Shown: positions 39,393-50,162, counted from the stretch's first letter. The stretch: DNA of 64,000 bases from Pseudanabaena sp. ABRG5-3 (GCF_003967015.1 NZ_AP017560.1:3034048-3098047); one strand, 5' to 3'. The notes: generated from the letters alone by a model not told the origin. Made by a program: numbers and translations.

Positions 39393-40943
39393 CCAATCAG
39401 AATCTTGATTGTTGCGACCGCGACCATAGCCAGTATCACGATTATCACCATAATTACGACTGGGATAGTCTCTTGAGCCATAGTCACGACTATCTCGTTC
39501 TCTCACCCCATAATCACGATTTGGTTCGCGATTTGCATCTCTATTGACATTGCGTGAATAGTCTTGCTGTGGTTCACGGGTGTAGTCACGATTATTTTGA
39601 TTGTCCCGATAGGAATCACGATTAGTATCGCGATTTATGTAAGTTGAAGGAGCCGCAGGTTTAACATCAGGTGCGCCACCAAAGGCAATTAAGAGGGGAA
39701 AACGCAACAAATCTACAGCTATTAATTCTTCTGATTCATCAATGACAACTAAGGGGCTAAGTCCTTCTTTGACAAGGCGATCGCCTTTAGTAGCTAGAGG
39801 CTCAGGATCTTCAAACAAAGCAATTCCTTTATCGGAGCCAAAATGTTCTCTGGTCAAACCTAAACAATCTTGAAAACCCCGTCGCCATTCACCAAGACGT
39901 TCAGGCGAAGTTGCTAAAACAAGTACCCGCAATTTTTCCCCATAAATAGCCTTGAGGACAGAGATCGCCGCCGATGTAACCAGAATATTTTGCAGACGAG
40001 TTCCCATTGTGCGGATAGCTCCACGCCCTGACTGGTCAAAAAACCATTTGAATACGCGATCGGCATGAACTTGCTCAAAGGTACGCCGCAGTTTCCACGC
40101 AGGCCCATAATAGTCAGGTAGGGTTCGATAACGATCTAAAAGCTGCTCCACTCGTTGCTTATATTCAGCAAAGGTCTGTTCAGACAGGAGGGGAGGCTCT
40201 GGCTCCTTGGCAGGTTTCTTTTCAGTAACTACTACTTCGGCTTCAGGTTTAGTTGGCGGCGCAACCAGATTAAGTTTCTCAGCACTAGCAACTAAATCTT
40301 GCAAACTACCGACAAGATAATCCTTGAAGCCCTGCACCCGCACCGCAATGTCCTGTGAGGCTCCTGCATAGGTACTGGTCATTTCTTTATCAAGACGATC
40401 TTTGCGCTTCTCAAGAACAGCGATCGCTGCTTGCAACTCTTGCTTTTGATATTCGAGCCTTGCCACATCCGCCTGAGCCAAACGGATAATCCCTGACTGG
40501 AGATCATCTATCTGATCTTGTAGAATCTTAGATTTTGTGGTTTTAAGTTGCTCTAGTTCCAATTTTAGAGCAGCTTCTTCTTGTTTTAATTTGTCAATAT
40601 ATGCCAATTTTTCTGATATCTCTGACATCTCAGATATTTTAGATATTTCAGGTGTTTCTAAGGTATCGGGTTCTGCTTCTATTGTAGTTTCAGCAATGAC
40701 TACAGCATCAGAGTGATCATTTTTATTGCTTTCGTCACCAGTTTCATGGCGAATTTCTTTATTGGCATCACTAGAAATCTCTGCAATTTCAGGTATGACT
40801 TCATCGCTATGCGGAAGGGATGTATCAGCAATATTTTCAGCGCTAAGCTCCTCTAAACTTACTGATGAGGTGATTTCTGCGTGGGATTCTCCTTGGTCAG
40901 ATGGATTTAAATTTTCTTCTACGGGAAATTGATCGGACTCCAT
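39384..40943 (-). CDS. Large coiled-coil hypothetical protein with an acidic N-terminus and an RD/RDY-repeat low-complexity C-terminal tail.
   Basis: 519-aa ORF. The central heptad-rich region is KLKQEEAALKLELEQLK.... The C-terminus is RDTNRDSYRDNQNNRDYTREP... . No catalytic motif was recognised. Confidence 0.6.
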   Translation of the reverse strand: MESDQFPVEENLNPSDQGESHAEITSSVSLEELSAENIADTSLPHSDEVIPEIAEISSDANKEIRHETGDESNKNDHSDAVVIAETTIEAEPDTLETPEISKISEMSEISEKLAYIDKLKQEEAALKLELEQLKTTKSKILQDQIDDLQSGIIRLAQADVARLEYQKQELQAAIAVLEKRKDRLDKEMTSTYAGASQDIAVRVQGFKDYLVGSLQDLVASAEKLNLVAPPTKPEAEVVVTEKKPAKEPEPPLLSEQTFAEYKQRVEQLLDRYRTLPDYYGPAWKLRRTFEQVHADRVFKWFFDQSGRGAIRTMGTRLQNILVTSAAISVLKAIYGEKLRVLVLATSPERLGEWRRGFQDCLGLTREHFGSDKGIALFEDPEPLATKGDRLVKEGLSPLVVIDESEELIAVDLLRFPLLIAFGGAPDVKPAAPSTYINRDTNRDSYRDNQNNRDYTREPQQDYSRNVNRDANREPNRDYGVRERDSRDYGSRDYPSRNYGDNRDTGYGRGRNNQDSDWDW

Positions 40944-41005
40944 AAAGTTCTCATCGCATCGGGCTTACTCATTTTATACTAATTTCTTAACATGAAGGTT
41001 CTCAG

Positions 41006-41112
41006 CTAAGTAACTGGGTGCAATTAAATATAAAAAACCAAAACCTGTAGCGCACGCGCAGCGTGCGCTACAGGTTTTGGTTCTGTTTTTTAATTATGCC
41101 CAGCTACTTATT
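41006..41112. mobile_element. MITE-B full copy: 33-bp imperfect inverted arms around the hairpin GTAGCGCACGCGCAGCGTGCGCTAC.
   Basis: The left arm is ctaagtaactgggtgcaattaaatataaaaaacc and the right arm is ggttctgttttttaattatgcccagctactta. It is related to the copies at 3541-3642 and 41308-41394. Confidence 0.6.
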
Positions 41113-41307
41113 GACAACCTATACCTCAAACTAAGCCGTTGCATTAGCTATAATCAACATCCCAACATCATCGATACTACGAAGATTTTTACTTTACCGT
41201 AGATAAAATAGAAATCAATAAAAAATAATAGTAAATCTTTCAGTTTTGTAAATAAGCATATAATCATTAGCAAATAGCAAATACTCAAAATTTACCCCTT
41301 GAATACT

Positions 41308-41394
41308 AGATAAGTAGCTGTGCAGAATTACACGCACGCTGCGCGAGCGCCACAGTTTTTTGGATTTTATATTTAATTGCACCCAGCTACTTAG
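41308..41394. mobile_element. MITE-B degenerate copy with a truncated left arm.
   Basis: taagtagctg + hairpin cacgcacgctgcgcgagcgccacag + right arm ggattttatatttaattgcacccagctacttag. Confidence 0.5.
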
Positions 41395-41564
41395 ATGCAC
41401 ATTATTGGTTTTATGGGAAAGCTAATGAAGTCACTGTTATCCAACTCTTGAAAATGGGTATGATCAAAGCATGTAAATCTTAATTTCACGTAACATCAGT
41501 TAATATTAGTAATTTTATAAACGCTATATAATTCTTGATTACTACTTTGGCATCTTAATCTCTG

Positions 41565-42824
41565 ATGATCAAAAACAAAGCAACCATTCTTGTTGTCGAT
41601 GATACACAATACAATATACAAACGCTCTCAAATATTCTTATTAACCAAGGCTATGATGTTTTAGAAGCAACAGATGGTATCAGTGCGATTAATCTTGCTA
41701 AGACGAATATACCAAGTTTAATTTTACTGGATATTAAAATGCCAGATATGGATGGTTATGAAGTTTGTATTAACTTAAAAAGCGATCCATTAACTCAGCA
41801 AATACCAGTTATTTTTATTAGTGCTATTGATAGAATCGAAGAAAAAGTCGAGGCTTTTGCTGTCGGTGGTATTGACTTTATTAATAAACCATTTCATTTA
41901 GTTGAAGTATTAGCAAGAATCGAAACTCACCTGCGGATCAGTTCTCTGCAAGCTCAACTTCTAGAGCAAACTCAACTTTTAGAAAATCAAAACCTGATTT
42001 TAAAAACAGAAATCTCCAATTTAACGGGATTTAATTGGGATTTATATGCGGATTTAAAAGGTGCTATTGATCGCGAAGAATTACGATTATTTTACCAACC
42101 AATTGTCAATATAAGAACAGAGCTAATTACTGGATTTGAAGCACTAATTCGCTGGCAGCATCCCGTACATGGTATTCTCTCACCTGTAAGCTTTGTGGAA
42201 CTCATGGAAACAACCAATTTAGTATATCCGATTGGTCTATGGGTCTTAGAGACCGCTTGCAAGCAACTCCAATCTTGGCAGCAAAAGTTTCCTAATTATG
42301 TAGATTTGACCATGAGTGTCAATGTATCCACAAAACAACTAACAGAGTTTAATTTAGTGGAAAACACAAGAAAAATCTTAGATAAATATCAAATTAATCC
42401 TAATTGCTTAAAGTTAGAAATTACGGAAATTACGGTGATGGGTGATCGCGATCGCACTTTGCAAATTATTCATCAACTTAAAGATTTAGATATTCAGTTT
42501 TGCATTGATGACTTCGGTACAGGCTATTCATCTTTGCGAAGGTTAACAGATTTTCCCATTGATATCCTCAAGATTGATCGTTCTTTTATTAACAATGAAG
42601 AGTGGATAATTGTCAAAGCTATTGGTTCTCTAGCTTTTACCTTAGGAAAAAGTGTTGTAGTTGAGGGAATAGAAACACTTTCACAATTAAAAATGCTCAA
42701 AACCCTATTTTCTTCTTCTCTCACTAAATGTTATGGGCAAGGATACTTATTTTCTAAGCCTCTCGATACTGAAGATGCTTACAAAGTATTGGAAAATAAT
42801 AAGGTGTTTATGACTGATAGTTAG
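41565..42824 (+). CDS. Response regulator with receiver and EAL (c-di-GMP phosphodiesterase) domains.
   Basis: REC signature ILVVDDTQYN...LLDIKMPDMDGYEV...NKPF. The EAL domain carries YQPIV, EALIRW, and downstream DDFGTGYSSL and KIDRSFI. Confidence 0.85.
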   Translation: MIKNKATILVVDDTQYNIQTLSNILINQGYDVLEATDGISAINLAKTNIPSLILLDIKMPDMDGYEVCINLKSDPLTQQIPVIFISAIDRIEEKVEAFAVGGIDFINKPFHLVEVLARIETHLRISSLQAQLLEQTQLLENQNLILKTEISNLTGFNWDLYADLKGAIDREELRLFYQPIVNIRTELITGFEALIRWQHPVHGILSPVSFVELMETTNLVYPIGLWVLETACKQLQSWQQKFPNYVDLTMSVNVSTKQLTEFNLVENTRKILDKYQINPNCLKLEITEITVMGDRDRTLQIIHQLKDLDIQFCIDDFGTGYSSLRRLTDFPIDILKIDRSFINNEEWIIVKAIGSLAFTLGKSVVVEGIETLSQLKMLKTLFSSSLTKCYGQGYLFSKPLDTEDAYKVLENNKVFMTDS

Positions 42825-42825
42825 G

Positions 42826-42900
42826 TCAACAAATGTGGCGCACACGCAGCGTGCCGCCACATTTGTTTGAGGCTTACCGAACAACAGTGCTTCGCGCTGT
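42826..42900 (+). terminator. Two hairpins after the EAL regulator gene; the first resembles the MITE-B hairpin core.
   Basis: aaatgtggcgcacacgcagcgtgccgccacattt and cgaacaacagtgcttcgcgctgttgttc, followed by cttcttgggttttat. Confidence 0.5.
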
Positions 42901-42958
42901 TGTTCTCTTCTTGGGTTTTATGTGCTAATACACTTGGCGACAGCTATAAAACTAAAAA

Positions 42959-44227
42959 CTACTGTAAATCATCAATTTGGAAGTTCTCAAGGGCGATCGC
43001 TACATGTGTCCAATGGGTTCCACCTTGGAGAAATACGGTATAAGGTTCGCGCAGTGGCCCATCGGCTGAAAGCTCTAAGGTACTACCATCAATAAAGGTT
43101 CCCCCTGCCATTACTAGCTGACTGACATAGCCTGGCATTTCCCCTGGTACAGGATCGACGTAGGAATCAATGGGGGAAAAGCGCTGAAGATTACGACAGA
43201 ATTCAATTAATTTTTTCGGATCACCCAATTGAATCGCCTGAATAATATCGCGTCGAGGCTCGTAGGGTAGGGGTTTGACTTGATAGCCTAATTTGTCGAA
43301 GACATAGGCTGCAAGGTGACTACTTTTCATCGCTTCGCCGACCATTTGCGGTGCAAGGAATAAACCTTGAAATAGAAGTCGATTGAGGTCAAAGGTTGCG
43401 CCACCTTCCCGTCCAATTCCGGGGGCAGTGAGACGTTGGGCTGCGAGTTCAACATATTCTGCTTTGCCTGCCACATAGCCACCTGCGGTAGCGATTGTTC
43501 CCCCTGGATTTTTGATCAGGGAACCTGCCATGAGGTCAGCGCCTACTGCCGTCGGTTCGCGATCGCTAATAAATTCGCCATAGCAGTTATCGACAAAACA
43601 GACAGTGTTGGGATTTTGTTGCTTGACCAATTGAATAATTCTTTCAATATCTTCAATCGATAAACTCTGCCGCCACGCATAGCCGCAGGAACGCTGGATT
43701 AAAACCATCCGCGTTTGGGGTTTGACGGCTTTTGCTAAAGCTTCCCAATTTACGCCGCCTTCAGGGGTAAGTTCTACTTGACGATAGGTGATCCCAAAAT
43801 CTTTGAGCGAACCTGCATAGTTAGCACCTGTAATATCCGATTTACTGTCGGATGTGAGAGGATAGCCAATGACCTCTTCAAGGGTGTCGTAGGGTGCGCC
43901 GACTACCGATAACAACTCATCAAGGGGACGCAAAATCCCGAAGAGACAACAAGCGATCGCATGGGTTCCTGAGACAAACTGCACGCGCACGGCGGCGGAC
44001 TCTGCGCCCATTACCTGTGCAAAAACTTCATCCAAGACATCACGCCCCATATCGCCATGTCCATAGCCTGACACACTGGCAAAATGATGTGCGCCCACAC
44101 GGCGATCGCGAAAAGCTTGTAAAACTCTTTCGAGATTTGTTTTGACATGAAGATCGATTTTGGTGAAAGTAGGTGCGAGGGCTGTAACTGCTTCGTCAAC
44201 TAGCAGCTTCATCTTGTCAGAGGTCAT
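42959..44227 (-). CDS. PLP-dependent protein of the methionine gamma-lyase / 'aluminium resistance' (YnbB-like) family.
   Basis: GYGHGDMGRDVLDEVFAQVMGAESAAVRVQFVSGTHAI...LRPLDELLSVVGAPYDTLEEVIG matches the conserved N-terminal block of this family. Length 422 aa. Confidence 0.7.
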   Translation of the reverse strand: MTSDKMKLLVDEAVTALAPTFTKIDLHVKTNLERVLQAFRDRRVGAHHFASVSGYGHGDMGRDVLDEVFAQVMGAESAAVRVQFVSGTHAIACCLFGILRPLDELLSVVGAPYDTLEEVIGYPLTSDSKSDITGANYAGSLKDFGITYRQVELTPEGGVNWEALAKAVKPQTRMVLIQRSCGYAWRQSLSIEDIERIIQLVKQQNPNTVCFVDNCYGEFISDREPTAVGADLMAGSLIKNPGGTIATAGGYVAGKAEYVELAAQRLTAPGIGREGGATFDLNRLLFQGLFLAPQMVGEAMKSSHLAAYVFDKLGYQVKPLPYEPRRDIIQAIQLGDPKKLIEFCRNLQRFSPIDSYVDPVPGEMPGYVSQLVMAGGTFIDGSTLELSADGPLREPYTVFLQGGTHWTHVAIALENFQIDDLQ

Positions 44228-44407
44228 TAGTCTATGGGATTTTTTTGGCGGCTTATGATCCTACGTGAATTTGATTGATTTTGTCTAGTCAATATACTTT
44301 TGACTTTTTTGTTAGCAAAGCCATGTAATTTGTTCTAAGCATTATGACGATTGCTGTCGTAAAGTATAGAGATATGACAAATTTTTCAAATTTTTGAGGG
44401 AAAAGCT

Positions 44408-45124
44408 TTGCCTACGTTGGGAGTAAACATCGATCATATTGCGACGATTCGTCAAGCTCGCCGAGGTGTCGAACCCGATCCCGTCGCGGCAGCAGTAATC
44501 GCCGAATTAGCAGGGGCTGATGGCATTACCGTCCATTTACGTGAAGATCGTCGTCATATTCAAGAGCGCGATGTCCGATTACTCAGACAAACTATCCGCA
44601 CTCGGCTTAATCTTGAAATGGCAGCAACCCCTGAAATGGTAGCGATCGCCCTTGATGTCAAGCCTGACTATATTACCCTCGTACCTGAACGGCGCGAAGA
44701 AATCACGACGGAGGGTGGCTTAAATGTAAAAGCACAATGCGATCGTTTGGGTAAATTTGTGCATCAATTACAAGGTGCAGGTATACCTGTGAGTCTATTT
44801 GTTGATGCTGAGCCAGAACAATTACAAGCTTCTGCTAGAACTGGTGCAAAATTTGTGGAATTACATACAGGTACTTATGCCAATGCCAAAAATGAGGAAG
44901 AGCATACCCGTGAGCTAGAACTATTGACCAAAGGTGGAGAATTAGCAATTAGCTTAGGACTAAGACTGAATTCAGGGCATGGCTTAACCTATTGGAATAC
45001 TCGTCCTGTGGCACAAATAAAGGGAATGGAGGAGTTAAACATTGGACATAGCATTATTAGCCGGGCCGTGTTAGTTGGTTTAGATAAAGCGATTCGAGAA
45101 ATGAAAGAGATTATAAATTCATAA
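44408..45124 (+). CDS. pdxJ: Pyridoxine 5'-phosphate synthase.
   Basis: [17 protein letters not shown]...[12 protein letters not shown]...ELHTG are the PdxJ TIM-barrel signature motifs. Confidence 0.92.
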   Translation: MPTLGVNIDHIATIRQARRGVEPDPVAAAVIAELAGADGITVHLREDRRHIQERDVRLLRQTIRTRLNLEMAATPEMVAIALDVKPDYITLVPERREEITTEGGLNVKAQCDRLGKFVHQLQGAGIPVSLFVDAEPEQLQASARTGAKFVELHTGTYANAKNEEEHTRELELLTKGGELAISLGLRLNSGHGLTYWNTRPVAQIKGMEELNIGHSIISRAVLVGLDKAIREMKEIINS

Positions 45125-45126
45125 AA

Positions 45127-45160
45127 GAAGAGGGTACTTTTGCACCCTCTTCTTTATTTA
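45127..45160. terminator. Bidirectional hairpin between pdxJ and the RND transporter gene.
   Basis: aagaagagggtacttttgcaccctcttctt. Confidence 0.55.
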
Positions 45161-48100
45161 TACAGGTTTGTTGTCTTCCTGTGGCTTTTCTGAAGAATCG
45201 CTATGATTGCTATTGGAGTTGCTATGTGAGTTGTCATGATTGCCATTTGAGTGATCATGATTCAGGCGATCGCCATTGCTCGACTCTCCATGAACACCAT
45301 GAAAGTGATTGCTGTAACTATCGCCATACTCAGCAACTAGTGCAGATTCAACAATACTGGCAGTTTTAGGATCATGCACATCTAATCGCATCCGTTTCTC
45401 AATGGTCTTCACGACAATATACAGAATCGGAACAATGAAAAGGCTGAGGAATGTCGCCACACACATACCACCCATCACCGCCGTCCCAATCGACTGACGA
45501 GCGGCAGCTCCCGCCCCTGTAGCGATTACCAGAGGAAAGATCCCGATAATCGTCGAGAAAGCCGTCATTAAAATAGGGCGTAATCTCTGTTGAGAAGCCT
45601 CAATTGCAGATTTAGTAATACTCAATCCGCTTTCATGTAACTGATTGGCAAATTCTACAATCAGAATCGCATTTTTACTTGCCATACCAATGAGCATGAC
45701 TAAACCGATTTGGGTATAGACATCATTGGCAAAATTGGGACTCGATAATCCACGAAACATCACTGCTAAAAGTGCACCCAGTACAGCAAGGGGTACAGTG
45801 AGCATAATGATCGTGGGATCGATGTAGTTTTCGTATTGAGCCGCTAGTACTAAAAATACAAAGACAATCCCTAAACCAAAGATAAAGAAGGAACTATTGC
45901 CAGAACCAATTTCTTCTAAAGATAAGCCTGACCATTCATAGCTAAAGCTCTTGGGCAAAACTTCCTTAGAAATCTTGTTCATAATATCGATCGCTTGTCC
46001 TGAACTTACTCCTGGAGCCGTATTACCAGTAATTTGCACAGATCGGAAGAGATTATAGTGGTTAATAATCGAAGGTCCAACGGTTTGGGTAACTTTGACT
46101 AAATTGCTGAGGGGGATCAATTGTCCTGCCCGCGATCGCACATAGAGCTTATTAATATCGTCAGGATTGGCGCGGAACTGAGCATCGGCTTGGACATAGA
46201 CGCGATAGGTACGCCCAAAGGTATTAAAGTCATTGACATATTGGGAGCCGAGCAAAGTTTGCAAGGTATTGTAAATATCTTGCAAAGATACTTGCAGCGC
46301 ATTTGCCTTAACGCGATCGACATCGACGGTCAACTGTGGCGTGTTGCCATTGAAACTTGGGCGTAGCCCCGCCAGCATCGGACGGCTAGGATCAGGATAG
46401 GTACTTGCCTTGCCTAATAATGCTCCCATTGTTTGCTCGATCACAGGGAAACCTTGGTTCGCCTTATCTTGCAACTGATATTCAAAACCACCGTAATTAC
46501 TCAAGCCTTGAATTGCTGGTGGGGGAAAGGGAACCACAAAGGCATCCTTAATGGAAATAAGGGAAGGCAATAAACCAAAGGGTTTGGGCGTAAATCCACC
46601 AATAATCTCCGCAGCCGATCGCGATCTTTCTTTCCAAGGCTTCAGCGTAGTAAACACAATGCCATTGTTAGGAGTATTGCCACTAAAGCTAAATCCTGCG
46701 ATCGCGAAAATATTGGAGATTTCAGGATAAACAGGTTCTCCCTTTTCATCCTTACGCCGCATGATGCCTTCGATATTTTCTAGAACCTTTTCCGTGTAAT
46801 TCAGCGATACACCTTCAGGAGCTTGGACAATCGTAATGAAATAGCCCTGATCCTCCTGTGGCAAGAATCCTTTCGGCACAACCGTATAGACCCAATAGGT
46901 TAAGAATAGGGATGCTACAAACAGAATCATCATGATTCCTTTGAGTTTGGTTGTCCTGACTAGAACCCAGTTATAGTTATGACGAACACCATCAATCACC
47001 CAGTTAACCCGATCAAAGAACCAATTGCTACGAGGTGTTTCCTGTTTTAGGAGGAAAGCTGCTAAGGTTGGCGAAAGGGTCAATGCATTAAAAGTGGAAA
47101 CAGTGATCGAAAAGGCGATCGTTAAGGCAAACTGTTTATACAATTGCCCCGTTGTTCCAGGGAAAAAGGCAACAGGCACAAACACCGCAATCAATACCAT
47201 TGAGCTAGCAATGACCGCACCCTGCAATTCATTCATTGCTGCGATCGCCGCTTTCACAGGTGCTTCTCCTTTTTCTTGAATGCGGCGCGTCACATCCTCC
47301 ACAACCACGATCGCATCATCCACGACCAGCCCTGTGGCAAGGGTTAAGCCAAATAGGGTCAGGGTATTGATATTAAAATTGAGTAGCTTGATGAAAATGA
47401 ATGTGCCGATCAGGGAAACGGGAATAGCGATCGCAGGAATTAAAGTAGAGCGCCAATTTTGCAGGAACAGATAAATAATCACGATGACGAGTGCGATCGC
47501 AATTATGAGTGAAATAATGACTTCCTCAGTTCCCGCTTCAATGAAACTGGTGGTATCGAAGGCAACCTCATAATTTAGGCCAGGGGGAAAAGTTGGTTTC
47601 AACTCCTCTAGAGCATGTTTTACAGCATGAGCCACATCTAAGGCATTGGCATCAGGCAACTGAGATACACCTAAACCAATCCCACGAGTGCCATTAAACC
47701 GCAATGCGGAACCATAATTTTCTGCACCAAGCTCTACTCGCCCCACATCACGGAGCTTGATCAGTGAGCCATCACTCGCAGTTTTAATCACAATATCCGC
47801 GAATTCTTCAGTACTTTTTAAACGACCTGTCGCGGAAATTGATAATTGATATTGCTGATCGGGAAGATTGGGTTGCTGTCCGATTTGTCCGACACCCACC
47901 TGCAAGTTTTGTTGCTGAATTGCCGCAACGACATCCTGAGCCGTTAAACCCCTTGCTGAGAGCCGATTAGGATCAAGCCATACCCGCATTGCATATTTGC
48001 GTTCACCAAAGATGATGACATTACCAACACCCTTAACTTTCTTAATCGCATCAACAATGTAGAGATCGGCGTAATTACTCAAATACAGATCGTCATATTC

Positions 48101-48553
48101 TCCCTTCTCGGAATACACACCGATCGCAAACAGAAACCCTGAAGATTCTTTACTAACCCTAACTCCCGTTTGTTGGACTGGAGCAGGTAACTGTGATTGC
48201 ACGCTGGAGACACGATTTTGCACATCCACCGCCGCAATATCTTTATTTTTGCCCAAATCAAAAACGAGATTGACAGAACTAGTTCCATTATTGGCACTAG
48301 TAGAAGTAATGTAGCGAACTCCTTCAATCCCATTTAATTCTCTTTCAAGAATATTGGTAACTGTAGATTCTACAACTTCGGCATTTGCACCGACATAGTT
48401 TGCCGTAACCGTTACCTTAGGGGGCGTAATTTCAGGATATTGAGCAACAGGTAAGATAAAAATACAGGCTGTTCCCAATAATGTGATGATGACAGAACAG
48501 ACTGTCGCAAACACAGGTCGTCTGATAAAAAAGTCAGATATGGATAGCAGCAT
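45158..48553 (-). CDS. RND efflux permease (AcrB/HAE1-like) with a His/Asn/Ser-rich cytoplasmic tail.
   Basis: 1131 aa with the typical 12-TM and two large periplasmic loops architecture. The N-terminus is LSISDFFIRRPVFATVCSVIITLLG. The C-terminal tail is HDHSNGNHDNSHSNSNSNHSD. Confidence 0.9.
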   Translation of the reverse strand: MLLSISDFFIRRPVFATVCSVIITLLGTACIFILPVAQYPEITPPKVTVTANYVGANAEVVESTVTNILERELNGIEGVRYITSTSANNGTSSVNLVFDLGKNKDIAAVDVQNRVSSVQSQLPAPVQQTGVRVSKESSGFLFAIGVYSEKGEYDDLYLSNYADLYIVDAIKKVKGVGNVIIFGERKYAMRVWLDPNRLSARGLTAQDVVAAIQQQNLQVGVGQIGQQPNLPDQQYQLSISATGRLKSTEEFADIVIKTASDGSLIKLRDVGRVELGAENYGSALRFNGTRGIGLGVSQLPDANALDVAHAVKHALEELKPTFPPGLNYEVAFDTTSFIEAGTEEVIISLIIAIALVIVIIYLFLQNWRSTLIPAIAIPVSLIGTFIFIKLLNFNINTLTLFGLTLATGLVVDDAIVVVEDVTRRIQEKGEAPVKAAIAAMNELQGAVIASSMVLIAVFVPVAFFPGTTGQLYKQFALTIAFSITVSTFNALTLSPTLAAFLLKQETPRSNWFFDRVNWVIDGVRHNYNWVLVRTTKLKGIMMILFVASLFLTYWVYTVVPKGFLPQEDQGYFITIVQAPEGVSLNYTEKVLENIEGIMRRKDEKGEPVYPEISNIFAIAGFSFSGNTPNNGIVFTTLKPWKERSRSAAEIIGGFTPKPFGLLPSLISIKDAFVVPFPPPAIQGLSNYGGFEYQLQDKANQGFPVIEQTMGALLGKASTYPDPSRPMLAGLRPSFNGNTPQLTVDVDRVKANALQVSLQDIYNTLQTLLGSQYVNDFNTFGRTYRVYVQADAQFRANPDDINKLYVRSRAGQLIPLSNLVKVTQTVGPSIINHYNLFRSVQITGNTAPGVSSGQAIDIMNKISKEVLPKSFSYEWSGLSLEEIGSGNSSFFIFGLGIVFVFLVLAAQYENYIDPTIIMLTVPLAVLGALLAVMFRGLSSPNFANDVYTQIGLVMLIGMASKNAILIVEFANQLHESGLSITKSAIEASQQRLRPILMTAFSTIIGIFPLVIATGAGAAARQSIGTAVMGGMCVATFLSLFIVPILYIVVKTIEKRMRLDVHDPKTASIVESALVAEYGDSYSNHFHGVHGESSNGDRLNHDHSNGNHDNSHSNSNSNHSDSSEKPQEDNKPV

Positions 48554-48777
48554 GGCTAAGATGTAAGAATGAAGAGTTAAGCAATAGATCTAGCCACTGA
48601 CTGCTGAAATATTTTAATTAATACGATTGAGGATGGGCATCGCCAAGCATCACCCATCCTAGTCAAGTATATTCTATGACAAACTTTGCCGCATCTGTTT
48701 GGAGATAAGGCTAATTCTCAGTTTTTAATAATCGCATGGAGAGTGGCAGAAATACTCACTACCCAACTTTTGGGAGT

Positions 48778-49311
48778 TTAGGCAAAGGCAAGCAAAATAT
48801 GCGGCAATAACAATGCTCCAGCAATGAGTAGGGCAGCGATCGCGGCAATAAGTACTGCCCCAGCCGCACAATCCTTAGCAATTTTGGCTAACTGATGAAA
48901 CTCGCGACCCACCGTCAAATCTACTACCGCTTCCAAGGCTGTATTTAGTAATTCCAGTACCAAAACTAGGGCGATCGTCAAGCTAATAATCGAGCAGGCG
49001 ACAGCAGACAACTTAAAATAAAGGCTGAGGGATAAAGCGATCGTACCGATGATCAAATGAATCCGAAAATTTCTCTGGGTACGAAAGGCATAGCTGACAC
49101 CCTGTCCAGCATATTTAAAACTCAGGAATAAATTTGTGGCAATTTGAAAAGAATCACTACGCTGAATCGCTTTTTCTTCAGATTCTTCAAACTCGTCGAT
49201 CTGTGTCATTTGCTCGGATAAAGAAGTCGATTTGATTAAAAGTAGTCTTGAGAGCGGTAAATCAATATTCATGGATGTAGTTCCAACTAGATTTTGCCAA
49301 GCAATTGTCAA
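48778..49311 (-). CDS. dgkA: Diacylglycerol kinase (prokaryotic DgkA family); start codon uncertain.
   Basis: SFKYAGQGVSYAFRTQRNFRIH... and ELLNTALEAVVD, with three TM helices. It lies immediately downstream of ybeY, a conserved gene pair. Confidence 0.75.
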   Translation of the reverse strand: MTIAWQNLVGTTSMNIDLPLSRLLLIKSTSLSEQMTQIDEFEESEEKAIQRSDSFQIATNLFLSFKYAGQGVSYAFRTQRNFRIHLIIGTIALSLSLYFKLSAVACSIISLTIALVLVLELLNTALEAVVDLTVGREFHQLAKIAKDCAAGAVLIAAIAALLIAGALLLPHILLAFA

Positions 49312-49380
49312 GATTCTGGAGATTAGTTTACCGAAATTATGCGCTCAATCCTAGCTATTTTCAACTGCTCCCGTCTTGAT

Positions 49381-49872
49381 TTATAGTGAAATTAGACTTA
49401 GCATGAGATCCTGCTGTTGAAGCATAGCTTCTAGGCTTTCATCGTCAGGATGATCCCAGCCAAGCAAATGTAACAATCCATGAGCCGCCAGCCAAGCTAA
49501 CTCATAGGTCAGTGAATGACCACGTTCTTGAGCCTGGCGAATCGCTGTTGTTTGCGAAATGATGATATCGCCTAAATAAGTTGGTTCAACATAGTCATCT
49601 TCATCTACAGGAATTTCTGGAACCTCTGACTCCAAAGACGCAAAGGATAAAACATCCGTCGGGCGATCCTGCTGACGATATTGCAGATTCAGTTGTTGAA
49701 TTGTGACATCATCAGTAATCGCAAGGGATAACTCATATTCTCCATCAGCGATCGCTTGCTCAGATATAAGGTGTTTTTCCCAAATAGCAAACCAATCTTG
49801 CCATTGTTCCTCTCGAATAGGATGGCGATCGGCAACTTCAGGATAGATTTCGCAATATAGATCAAAGCTCAA
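49381..49872 (-). CDS. ybeY: Endoribonuclease YbeY (16S rRNA maturation).
   Basis: Zinc motif HGLLHLLGWDH (H3xH5xH) near the C-terminus. Confidence 0.9.
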   Translation of the reverse strand: MSFDLYCEIYPEVADRHPIREEQWQDWFAIWEKHLISEQAIADGEYELSLAITDDVTIQQLNLQYRQQDRPTDVLSFASLESEVPEIPVDEDDYVEPTYLGDIIISQTTAIRQAQERGHSLTYELAWLAAHGLLHLLGWDHPDDESLEAMLQQQDLMLSLISL

Positions 49873-50162
49873 TGATTGAGAACCTCAATAAGTACAAAGA
49901 AAAAGGACAACTGGTATCAATGAAAGTAAAAGGGGAAAATAGATCTAATCAATCACAATCTTGTTGTAAATTATCTTTGTGAATTCACAAACAAGCCAAT
50001 TTAACAAAACTTAATTGGTTGACAGCTATCAACTTTATTCTCAAGTAGAGATTTATAACTAGATTAGGGTTAGAAGATTAAGATTAGACTAGAATTTAGA
50101 CTATGTATTGTTTGACAATAATATAATCTTCTTGAGCCTATTTGAATTGTCTTTTTGAACTG

